The notes beneath the pieces are model-generated. The model made no database searches. It saw only the letters and a program-made list of their open reading frames with translations, and was not told where the DNA came from. Below are positions 1 to 10,620 of a DNA stretch of 64,000 bases, one piece after another (position 1 is the first letter of the stretch; every line of letters starts with the position of its first letter). Source of the stretch: Octopus sinensis (Eukaryota); the NCBI RefSeq assembly GCF_006345805.1, contig NC_043008.1:61318001-61382000 (forward strand), in the 5' to 3' direction. A program made the translations under genes and the position numbers.

Positions 1-329
1 AAATTGCATTTACCATCTTCCGACAGATTAATCTGCTTTCTGCAGTATCAGAATCTGTGTGTTTGTGTATGTGTGTATATATGTATGTGTGTGTGAAAGT
101 GAGAGAGAGAGATAGAGAGAGGGAGGGAGAGAATATGTGTGGAGAAGAAACACATACTTAGAGGTTTGCAAAAGAAATATGATTTAGTAGATATAAGCAT
201 ATCAATTTAGAAGAAGCATATCCTGGAAAGAGTAATCTATGATGAAAGAGCATAAATTCAGTCATATGTCTAGAAGTTAGTGGAGCTGTTACACACATCC
301 CGTTTTTATTTCAGTTGGAAGAACATGGG

Positions 330-1380
330 TGGATGTAATATGTCTGCTACATCTTTGATGATTAACTTATTGCTTGTACATCATCGACCGGAATCGTTTG
401 GTCAAAGGAAGTTCAGTCTATGAGAGCCATGTTAAGGAAGTGAGTGTAGAAATAATAATAACGAAGTCAGCAAACTTCAGTAAGTGCGTATACCATTGGG
501 ATACAAGCATACTTTTTTTTATGTCGAGCCAAGCCTCTCGTTTCAGGAAGAAAATGGTTGAATTATTTTTGATGGTACTGAAAAATAAGATCAAATAATT
601 CATGTATGATATTTTGCTGTATAAGCAATGCATTAAAATTAAAATAGAAGATGATAATTTCCTGTATATTTTCCATGTTTTCTTCTCTTGTTTTTGTTTT
701 CTTGTCAACCAGTCTTGTACTCTTGAATAGGTTGCGACTATGCCAATGTGATTTAATCGGCGGGAACATTTCTAGGTTCGTGTCTGCGAGCATTTCCATA
801 CAGGTCCTAATTTTGCTATCACCTGCGCGTGCTTACATGTTACAAAACTGGATTAAAAGCAATGAAAATTTAGTTCATAATTATAAATAATCATATTAGA
901 TTAAAATAATCCCAAATGTGATAATCTTATTAACAACGAAAGAGAAATTTAATAAAATATGCAGCTTGTTATGGAAATTATAAGAATTATAAAATGATTA
1001 TATTCATCTTATATGTCCATGGTATATTTTTTAAAGATTTTTTTCCCCATCGAATTCTTTCCACAAAGCTGTTGTGTGAGAAATTAATTTCGTGCTTTCT
1101 GTAACTTGGGCCATTCCGAGTTTTATAATGGATGATGGCAAGGTTGATCAACTAAGTTCACTTTCCAATTATCAGTTTTCACTTTCATTTACAATTGTTG
1201 CAAATCTTGCGAGTGGAATCATGGTAACAGCAAACGTGTAGAAGATATTGGCATAGATTTTATCGGTAATTCAATCTCTAATTCAAAGATTCAGATTGTC
1301 ACATATTTTATCACAGCTAAGGTTTACGTTAAGTGTGTATTTTACTGTGGGATACTAAACAGCATAGACATTACTTTTAC
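330..1380 (-). pseudogene. Possible decayed LRRCT/transmembrane/TIR-like coding relic (Toll-like receptor C-terminal half)
   Basis: Hand translation of the minus strand with stops and frameshifts gives LSCDKICDNLNL*IRD*I (LRRCT-like), a hydrophobic HFIILIISITSCIFY*ISLSLLI, then IVATYSRVQDWL, STIKNNSTIFFL...SQWY..LLKFA and FVIIIS...ELP...FRSMM, loosely resembling TIR boxes. Spacing is imperfect; weak. Confidence 0.22.
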
Positions 1381-2289
1381 AAGTAAATAATTCACTTGTT
1401 CAGAGTACGAAATGGTCATTGTAAGTCGATAGAAACACATTCCCACTAAAACTTTTTAAAGATAGAATACCGTGAAATTTTTTATCCCATGTTGTGATCT
1501 GAAGGCTATTAAATTACTTCTCACTAAGTCAGATGACCGAGTACCAGCTTCGTCTAGTGCGTCTATATTTAGAAGAGTCAGGTACTAATACGTTCTATAA
1601 TGTTCAAAGAGACCAGCCAAACACACACACACACGCGCACACACAAATAGATAGACATATATGTATACATATATCTATGTGTGTATTCATGCATATATTT
1701 AGATATATATGTGAAAGTATGCATGTATGTATACACACATTTAACTTAGAGTCTAAGGCTGTTCGGTTAATGGTTGAGTATAGTTAAAACAGTCTATCGC
1801 ATGCTACAATGGTTTTCATATATGTATTTATTATGAATATTTTGCTGTGAAAAATTCGATTAATTTTCAAGTCAATATCTTGGATAAACACGAATAAAAA
1901 TGTTCTTCATACACATTCATGAGCAACACTCATAGTGCCAGCTTCGAAATGACACACACACGCACGAGCATACGCACACTCTCCTTCTTACTCTCTCTTT
2001 CTCTCTCTCCAGCACATAAAAGTACCTTTGCACCCAGTCCGTTGACGTACCGTCATGCTTTCTTCACAATTGCAAATGGCCTTTAACAGTCTTCAATTGT
2101 TTTGACTTGAAAGCTAATAATAAATGACAAGTATCTTAAATATATTGTTAATACTTACATTCCAACTTTTCTAATTCAATCGTTTTTCATCAAGTCGAGA
2201 AGTCTTGAAAATATTCGAATAGTATTTTTACATACAACTCGTTGGAATTTTTTTCTTATTTGCAAACTAAATGTCCATTATTGTTTTAG

Positions 2290-2870
2290 TAGAACACACA
2301 CACTCTCTCTGTCTCCAACACACATGCAGCAAGAATCATTGTCTCTCTCTCTCACATACATTCGGCATACATATACCCACAGAGTACACACATATACCCA
2401 CACACTCCCTCCCATAAACACAAATAACACACACACACTTACATATATAACATACAGACCCTCCTCGCTCATACAGAAAATTCAGACTCATCTATCACAC
2501 ACATACTTTGCACGCGCGCTCGCATACACACAAACATATACACATTGTTTCTCTTACACACACATAGACTTTCTCTCCGTCTCTCTCTTTTTGTAATATG
2601 CACACAGTCTGTCTCATACACACGTACAACACGAACAAATCATTCTCTCACAGGCATACACTTTCGCTCATACACACATACCGTACAGACTCTTTCTCAC
2701 TTATATACACTCTCACGATCCTACGCAAATACAGCACACACAAACAGACACTCTCTCTCAAACATACACACATACAGGAAACACCCGCACACTTTCTCTC
2801 CATACACACGCAATACTACCTCACTTTCTCTCTCTTACACACACGCACGCATTGTGCCTCTCACATATAG
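2290..2870. repeat. Degenerate CA/CT-rich low-complexity tract
   Basis: Interleaved (CA)n, (CT)n and CATA-like runs; source of several spurious ORFs. Confidence 0.85.
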
Positions 2871-3464
2871 ATACATTATTTTGCGTAGATTATATATCAT
2901 TTCATGTTTTCGATACTTATTTCATTTCATATTATTTAGAGTTCAAGATTTCATTATTTAAATACGTTCTTTTAATATCTGTTATCCCATTGTTGATGTG
3001 TTTTGATTTTCCAAATACTTTATTACATTAATTTCATGTATCCCACATTCAACAATCCCGCAGAATTGTTCTTTAGGAATTGTATCTTAGTTCTTCTCAA
3101 TAAAATAATGAGAAGAATCAATTCAGCAAATTCAATGCTGTTCATTCAATATCGTGAGAGAAAGAACTGATGCCACTCATTTTCCGATAGAATTCCATGA
3201 TCCACTTGAGCTGGAAATGAAGAAAGGATTCCCCATAATTTTAATGAAAGACAGATCCTCTAAAGCTTTTTAATGAAACACTGATGATCATAGCAAAACA
3301 TGCACCAGATTATAAGCATAACTACGAGGTTTTGAATGTTTTCCTCTTGGGAACATCTAAACAACATTTTATCTATGCTACGATATGATACACCATTTTA
3401 CATTACGGCATTGTTATTATGTAACGTTCAGGATATTTAATTATTTGGAAAACATTTACTAATT

Positions 3465-3929
3465 ATTAATAGTTATCGCCATGCTAATATGGCAATCCAG
3501 AAATATAGGACGAATGATTAGCTCCAACAGGCCATGGCCTCTAGCTAGCTATGTGACACACGAACCTGTGTCCATTCTAGCCTTCAAACAAGGGAGGTCA
3601 GCCGCTTCCCCTTGCTGGTCAGGCATCTGCAGACTAGTTTCAGAGTATTTGCCCCTTATCAATGCAAAGCAGCCGAACCCAGCAGGCGTGGCTACTGATC
3701 GTCTTTTCGAAGGATAATTTACCTAAATTCAGTGGAATACATCAACTGGTTTTCAAAAATAGAAATATTATTATTTCTAAGTCTCTCTAAAAGAGACTAC
3801 GGCAGCAGTACTGAATATTAATAATTATCGCCGAGTTAATATGGCATATTAGCGTGGCGATAGCTATTAATATTCAGTACCGCTGCCGTAGTCTATTTTA
3901 GAGAGACTTAGAAATAATAATATTTCTAC
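3465..3929. mobile_element. MITE-like insertion with ~26-bp TIRs, an overlapping hairpin and an 11-bp flanking direct repeat
   Basis: ATTAATAGTTATCGCCATGCTAATAT (3465-3490) is the reverse complement of 3846-3871 with 2 mismatches. TTTACTAATTA occurs at both 3455-3465 and 3930-3940. Confidence 0.6.
3760..3928. repeat. ~170-bp imperfect palindrome (arms ~70 bp)
   Basis: TAGAAATATTATTATTTCTAAGTCTCTCTAAA...GACTACGGCAGCAGTACTGAATATTAATA pairs with TATTAATATTCAGTACCGCTGCCGTAGTC...TTTAGAGAGACTTAGAAATAATAATATTTCTA. Confidence 0.9.
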
Positions 3930-4412
3930 TTTACTAATTAGCTAAAGTACGAAAGTATCTATGTTAAGATTTACATAAATCCTGTGAAGTATGTGCAACA
4001 AGTTACCATAACTGTTTCCTAATGTCTGTGTTTTTATAGCTTGTTGTATTGGGAAAAACATTTAAAGCGTGTTTCCGAATCTCTACTGTAGCACTAAACG
4101 TAGCCGCAGAAGATAATTAACATTATTTATAACTATATATTAATGAGGAGTCCCTTACCGCATTGGGATGGGGGCTGGTGTATATTATTTATCACGTATT
4201 AGTGATAATTGATTTAAAAGAAATATTTATAGTGTTATAAAAGGAGAGCCGATGTAACATTCAGCAACGTTTCAGTGTAAGACTTCCTTCTCTCATCATC
4301 ATTCAAGTGAAATCCTGCAAGAATTTCAGTGTCTGAAGCTTTACAACTTCTAATGCGGTGTGATAAACATATAAATAAGTAAATAATAAATAAATAGAAA
4401 GAGAAATATTTG

Positions 4413-4475
<63 letters not shown>

Positions 4476-4693
4476 AAATTAGAGATAAAACCCACTATTA
4501 GGCAAATCAAACAGTGAAAAACATAAACCAAAACATAAAAATGAATATAATTAATATAATATACAAAATTTATAAAATATAAAAATTTTTAATTAAATTA
4601 TTTAAATTAAAACTTTTTTATTTATATTTATAAATTTTTATATTTTTTATAATTTTTTAAAATCTTAAATTTATAAATTTTTAAACTTTTATA

Positions 4694-4732
<39 letters not shown>

Positions 4733-4748
4733 GTGTGTGTGTATGTAT

Positions 4749-5128
4749 GTGGCTGTGTGGTAAGTAGCTTGCTTACCAACCGCATTGTTCCGGTTTCAGT
4801 CCCACTGCATGGCACCTTGGGCAAGTATCTTCTACTATAGCCTCAAGCCCACCAACGCCTTGTGTGTGGATTTGTTAGACAGAGACTGAAATAATTATGT
4901 GGTATATATATGCGTGTGTGTGCATATATGTTTATGTATCTGTTTGTCCCCAATCATCGCTTCACAACCGATGTTGGTGTGTTTACGTCCCCCTAACTTA
5001 GCGGTTAGGCAAAAGCTCCTGATAGTATAAATGCTAGTCTTACAATAAGTCTTGGGTCGATTTGTTCAACTAAAAGTGGTGCTCCAGCATGGTCACAGAC
5101 AAGTGACTGAAGCAAATAAAAAGACAAG
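4749..5128 (+). mobile_element. tRNA-derived SINE, family A (most abundant family in the window)
   Basis: Head with A-box TGGCTGTGTGG and B-box-like GGTTTCAGTCCC, central microsatellite, tail GGTGCTCCAGCATGGTCACAG...GACTGAAGCAAATAAAAAG; matches many other copies in the window. Confidence 0.85.
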
Positions 5129-5329
5129 AAAAATAATATTTATATATACACATACATATATAATTACATATATTTCTTTTCTATTTTATCTACGGCGAAA
5201 AATCACCTGACAGTAAATCAAAACCATTTAATTCCAAAATTTAAAACCAAAAATTATTTTATATCCGACTTCGCTATCAAATAGACGAATGTTTAAAAGA
5301 CGGTGATTTTAACTGACAGCATTCAATTA

Positions 5330-5620
5330 TTAGACATTCGCAATTGGAATTTTGATTTACTCTCGAAAACGATACACAGAAAACTAGGACGGATCATTCG
5401 GAGTTCTTTTTCTCCAGTCGAGTTCCAGATTACCTTTGCAATTTTGGCTGATTATACTCGAGATTGCTCCAATCTGGCCTCGTCGAAGGAAAAAACTAAG
5501 CTAAGAGCATTAGATTCCTTGGAAAAAAAGCAGCGAATGTATACGAAAACAAGGACGGTAAAAACGGAGAAAGTTTCACGAATACAAATAACAGGACATT
5601 GCATCAGGTGTCTTTTGACT
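5330..5620 (-). mobile_element. Unclassified interspersed repeat, homologous to 20700-21050 (+)
   Basis: Reverse complement aligns by eye with 20700-21050 (e.g. CGTATACATTCG...TTTTTCAA.GAA.TCTAAT.CTC.TAGCTTAGTTTTT, GGAGCAATCTC.AG.TAATCAGCC.AAATTGC). Confidence 0.7.
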
Positions 5621-5894
5621 AAGGGCGAATTTAATTAAGCTGGCGTGTGTGGAAGTAAAGCCTTAGGGCAGGGATACAAGATTACACAGGCACAGGGAAG
5701 AATATACATGTTGCACTAATAACGGCCTAACAAAGAAAGAAAGGTTAGGCTTGGCCGATCACCGGTCACGTGGGGAGAGAAGAGAGAGAGGTAGAAGCAG
5801 AGGGACAGAAGAAATAAGGACAGGGACGTAGTGAAGTGAAATGAAGAGAGAAATGAATAAATATAGGCACACACACAAATATAATGACTGCATT

Positions 5895-6092
5895 TTTTGG
5901 CATAACGCCAGCAATTTTGTGAAGGGTAATTCGATTAGATGACTCCAGTGTTCAACTGCTCCTTATTTTATCGGCTCCAAATATGTTAATAGTCAAAGGC
6001 CGACCTCGGCAGAATTTGAACTCAGAACGTTAGGACTGATGAAATGCCGCTAGGTATTTTCCGGGCATGTTAAGGTTTTCACCAGCTCGCCG
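5895..6092 (-). mobile_element. tRNA-derived SINE, family B
   Basis: Reverse complement begins GCGGCGAGCTGG...TTCTGAGTTCAAATTCTGCCGAGGTCG; same family as the 35.8-36.7, 43.5-44.4, 55.1-55.65 and 58.8-59.75 kb copies. Confidence 0.8.
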
Positions 6093-6468
6093 CGCACACA
6101 CAACACCTAACACCCACACAACACCTCCTCACACACATAATTATAGCATGTAAATGTGACGTAGTACGATGACTAGTATGTTTCTATCCAAAAAATAGTT
6201 TCAGCTTTTATTTGTACTACAATGTGTTGCTTTGTGATTCGATGTTTTCAAAAATAAGTATTTCAGTTTCTCTCCAGAGTTTATAAATTCGTACATCAAA
6301 GATATGTATACAGTTGTGTGTATATATATATGTATATATCATGTGTATGTATGCATGTATGTGTGTGTGTGTTTCTGTGATTATATGCCTGCATTTTTAT
6401 TATAAATATATCCCCGCCAACGACATCAGTATTATCACAGTCTGTGCATCAAATCATTACAGTAATTC

Positions 6469-6505
<37 letters not shown>

Positions 6506-7039
6506 CGTATTATCAGAAGTGACTTGATCTCTGCCTGTAGTTTCAATTCCTGTAATAAAGCTGGAAAAATCGATCGACAATCACTTCGTGTTAGATTTAG
6601 TGAAGTTCTGTGCGAGTGGATATCAACTTTGGTTTCTCATATAACTGTCGATAGAGTATTCGTTTGGGGCAAATGAGTGTTTTCCAATCGTTCTATGTAT
6701 CTAAATCTCCCGAGGTTTATTGCACTGATACATCCTCCATGTACTCCATGCTTACAGGTTTTGCATTCTGAAAGAATATATGTTCATCTTTCCACCTGAT
6801 GTCAACTTTATGATCACTATACTGTGTGTTATTATACGAGTGCTTGTAGATAATTTTTAAATAGAATTCAGCTAAGAGAAATACGTCGGAGCGGCGATTG
6901 GCATTTATATGAACGACATATTCAAACAGAAGTGTGTTGAATATCACGCAACGTCAATTCTTCAATTATTAAATTCATTTATGACTTCACAGTCATACAC
7001 GTACTCTATCATTTTTCTGTATATACATATGCATTTATG

Positions 7040-7073
<34 letters not shown>

Positions 7074-7134
7074 TGTATGTATGTATGTATGTATGCATGC
7101 ATGCCGCAGCTCTGAGCTGAAACTAGAGAATATT

Positions 7135-7208
<74 letters not shown>

Positions 7209-7428
7209 TCAATATAGGTGCCAAAAAAAATTTTGTAGAATTCTTTTTGCCACCAGCGGCCTAGTGGGAAAAAATTAAATAGTCATAGACCATTTTTAAG
7301 TTCAACATCAACAATCAAGGAACGGCCATAATAGGCCATTCACCCACTAGAAATAACAGCCAAAGCTTCAACCGCAATAAAGATTAATTCCGTAAACAGG
7401 AGAAAATTTAAAAAACATTTACCCTGTA

Positions 7429-7534
7429 ATTTCTTGTACGATGCACCGTTTCATCTGCTGCTTAATGGTAAACTAACCTGATTAAATTAAATCAAGCCAA
7501 TCTTCCATAGGCCCTCAGATCTTCAGCAAGAAAT
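7429..7534 (-). ncRNA. Type I hammerhead ribozyme, array copy 1 (1-nt deletion at base of stem II)
   Basis: Reverse complement of the 8981-9087 motif; reads CUGAAGA-UCUG instead of CUGAAGA-AUCUG. Confidence 0.7.
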
Positions 7535-7918
7535 AGCCAAGTCGGAACAGATATTTTCACGAGGCATTTCAGACCCTGCCAAGGTAATATCTGACCTAAA
7601 ATTTTCAAATCGTCGCACTCGCGCCAAATTTATCGGCAGCAAATAAATATAAGCCGTCGATTCCATTACGGAATTAACCAGAAAATTCATAATTAATCAA
7701 TATAGGGTGCCAAAAAAAATTTTGTAGAATTCTTTTTGCCACCAGCGGCCTAGTGGGAAAAAATTAAATAGTCATAGACCATTTTTAAGTTCAACATCAA
7801 CAATCAAGGAACGGCCATAATAGGCCATTCACCCACTAGAAATAACAGCCAAAGCTTCAACCGCAAATAAAGATTAATTCCGTAAACAGGAGAAAATTTA
7901 AAAAACATTTACCCTGTA

Positions 7919-8023
7919 ATTTCTTGTACGATGCACCGTTTCATCTGCTGTTTAATGGTAAACTAACCTGATAAATTAAATCAAGCAATCTTCCATAGGC
8001 CCTCAGATTCTTCAGCAAGAAAT
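7919..8023 (-). ncRNA. Type I hammerhead ribozyme, array copy 2
   Basis: Reverse complement of the 8981-9087 motif; core and stems I-III intact, small deletions in the distal stem II extension. Confidence 0.85.
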
Positions 8024-8405
8024 AGCCAAGTCGGAACAGATATTTTCACGAGGCATTTCAGACCCTGCCAAGGTAATATCTGACCTAAAATTTTCAAATC
8101 GTCGCACTCGCGCCAAATTTATCGGCAGCAATAAATATAAGCCGTCGATTCCATTACGGAATTAACCAGAAAATTCATAATTAATCAATATAGGGTGCCA
8201 AAAAAAATTTTGTAGAATTCTTTTTGCCACCAGCGGCCTAGTGGGAAAAAATGAAATAGTCATAGACCATTTTTAAGTTCAACATCAACAATCAAGGAAC
8301 GGCCATAATAGGCCATTCACCCACTAGAAATAACAGCCAAAGCTTCAACCGCAAATAAGATTAATTCCGTAAACAGGAGAAAATTTAAAAAACATTTACC
8401 CTGTA

Positions 8406-8512
8406 ATTTCTTGTACGATGCACCGTTTCATCTGCTGTTTAATGGTAAACTAACCTGATTAAATTAAATCAAGCCAATCTTCCATAGGCCCTCAGATTCT
8501 TCAGCAAGAAAT
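8406..8512 (-). ncRNA. Type I hammerhead ribozyme, array copy 3
   Basis: Reverse complement of the 8981-9087 motif, intact. Confidence 0.88.
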
Positions 8513-8980
8513 AGCCAAGTCGGAACAGATATTTTCACGAGGCATTTCAGACCCTGCCATTAAACAGCAGATGAAACGGTGCATCGTACAAGAAATTACA
8601 GGGTAAATGTTTTTTAAATTTTCTCCTGTTTACGGAATTAATCTTTATTTGCGGTTGAAGCTTTGGCTGTTATTTCTAGTGGGTGAATGGCCTATTATGG
8701 CCGTCCCTTGATTGTTGATATTGAACTTAAAAATGGTCTATGACTATTTAATTTTTTCCCACTAGGCCGCTGGTGGCAAAAAGAATTCTACAAAATTTTT
8801 TTTGGCACCCTATATTGATTAATTATGAATTTTCTGGTTAATTCCGTAATGGAATCGACGGCTTATATTTATTTGCTGCCGATAAATTTGGCGCGAGTGC
8901 GACGATTTGAAAATTTTAGGTCAGATATTACCTTGGCAGGGTCTGAAATGCCTCGTGAAAATATCTGTTCCGACTTGGCT

Positions 8981-9087
8981 ATTTCTTGCTGAAGAATCTG
9001 AGGGCCTATGGAAGATTGGCTTGATTTAATTTAATCAGGTTAGTTTACCATTAAACAGCAGATGAAACGGTGCATCGTACAAGAAAT
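8981..9087 (+). ncRNA. Type I hammerhead ribozyme, array copy 4
   Basis: Stem I ATTTCTTG/CAAGAAAT (8 bp); core CTGAAGA (8989-8995); stem II ATCTG/CAGAT; GAAA (9064-9067); stem III ACG/CGT closing GTGCAT; GUA cleavage triplet, predicted cut after 9079. Confidence 0.9.
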
Positions 9088-9468
9088 TACAGGGTAAATG
9101 TTTTTTAAATTTTCTCCTGTTTACGGAATTATCTTTATTTGCGGTTGAAGCTTTGGCTGTTATTTCTAGTGGGTGAATGGCCTATTATGGCCGTTCCTTG
9201 ATTGTTGATGTTGAACTTAAAAATGGTCTATGACTATTTAATTTTTTCCCACTAGCCGCTGGTGGCAAAAAGAATTCTACAAAATTTTTTTTGGCACCCT
9301 ATATTGATTATTATGAATTTTCTGGTTAATTCCGTAATGGAATCGACGGCTTATATTTATTTGCTGCCGATAAATTTGGCGCGAGTGCGACGATTTGAAA
9401 ATTTTAGGTCAGATATTACCTTGGCAGGGTCTGAAATGCCTCGTGAAAATATCTGTTCCGACTTGGCT

Positions 9469-9574
9469 ATTCTTGCTGAAGAATCTGAGGGCCTATGGAA
9501 GATTGGCTTGATTTAATTTAATCAGGTTAGTTTACCATTAAACAGCAGATGAAACGGTGCATCGTACAAGAAAT
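9469..9574 (+). ncRNA. Type I hammerhead ribozyme, array copy 5
   Basis: Same as copy 4 with one T fewer in the 5' strand of stem I; predicted cut after 9566. Confidence 0.85.
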
Positions 9575-9775
9575 TACAGGGTAAATGTTTTTTAAATTTT
9601 CTCCTGTTTACGGAATTAATCTTTATTTGCGGTTGAAGCTTTGGCTGTTATTTCTAGTGGGTGAATGGCCTATTATGGCCGTTCCTTGATTGTTGATATA
9701 TATATATATATAATATATATATATATATATGTATGTGTATGTGTGTATGTCTTTATATATATATATATATATATG

Positions 9776-9807
<32 letters not shown>

Positions 9808-10289
9808 CATGTTTTTGTGTGTGTCTGTATTTGCGTATCTGTATTTGTATGTGTGTGTCTGTATCTGTGAGTACGCATTTATGTGTGCATGCGTGTATGT
9901 TTGTGTGTTTGTATATTTGTGTTTGCATGTATGCGTATCAATTGTACGTTAGCTGGTGTCTATGGGATGTGACTTATGATCTTAACTCAATGGGTTCAAA
10001 TCCTGACCCGGACGGTGTGATGCATCATTCCTCATGTCACCTTCTATCCCGATGCTCCAGTTTTCTCACCTGTAATTAAGAACCGGCCGACTAGTTGCAG
10101 ATTTTTTCCTCCGCCTGCTATATCCCGGATGTGCCTCCTGGGCAAAGGATAATAAATTCGAGGGTATATATTTTAACCCGCATGTACGCATTAGCAAAAG
10201 GCTTAGCAAAAGGATTGTACATATCAAACAATGGACGTTCGCGAGTAACAACTTATTCTCAATATATGGATTTATATATCTACGCATAT

Positions 10290-10620
10290 AATTGGCACTC
10301 CGTTGGTTACGACGACGAGGGTTCGAAATGATCCGATCTACGGAACACCCAGTTCGTAAGATTCATGTGCAAACGGCTGAGCACTCCAGAGACTCGCGCA
10401 CAATTATCGTAGTTCTGTAGGAGATTCAGCGTGACACAGGATTTGAAAAGTCTGGCTCTTTGAAATACAGATGTTATTTTTATTTTGCAAGCTGAATGGA
10501 ATGGAGTAACATGAAATAAGGTATTTTGCTCAAAGACATAATGCATCCTCGGTAATGGAACTTGTAACCCTACGATCGTGAGACGTAAACCCTAATCACA
10601 AAACTCCGAGCCTTCACACG
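10290..10620 (-). mobile_element. tRNA-derived SINE, family C (degenerate); related fragment at 16130-16410
   Basis: Reverse-strand tRNA-like head at ~10560-10620 and the segment GCTGA.TGGA.TGGAG.AAC.TGAAAT.A.G..TTTTGCTCAA shared with 16290-16350. Confidence 0.6.

Larger units (their letters stand above)
2960..4110 (-). pseudogene. Decayed leucine-rich-repeat gene fragment (LRRs plus LRRCT cap), interrupted by the 3466-3929 insertion
   Basis: Minus-strand hand translation: LNILNVT**, IQNLVV/AYNLVHVLL*SSVFH*KALEDLSFIKIMGNPF...GK*V...IC-x21-C. This fits LxxLxLxxNxL repeats and the NPF...W...C-x~21-C layout of an LRRCT, although the first two LRRCT cysteines are missing. Many stops and frameshifts. 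Confidence 0.4.
7201..9697. mobile_element. Retrozyme/Penelope-pLTR-like tandem array of ~488-bp hammerhead-bearing units with an internal inversion
   Basis: Forward units start at 7201, 7689 and 8177 (third truncated at 8559). Inverted copies run 8557-8826, 8827-9314 and 9315-9697. (TA)n lies on both sides. Each full unit contains an HHR. Confidence 0.85.

Noticed and set aside
651-1400. Plus-strand GPCR or gustatory-receptor-like hydrophobic fragments
   Set aside because: Helix spacing is wrong, stops are many, and the minus-strand LRR/TIR reading explains the region at least as well.
4255-4310. HHR-like TGATGA...GAAACG on the minus strand
   Set aside because: C3 is missing and stem II does not pair convincingly.
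4530-4700. ~170 bp almost free of G and C
   Set aside because: Looks like a degenerate or low-quality A/T-rich repeat end between (TA)n tracts; no specific structure supportable.
9262-9516. 84-aa ORF inside the 488-bp unit
   Set aside because: It depends on copy-specific 1-bp deletions, and the frame is broken by a 4-nt indel in the 49-kb relative.
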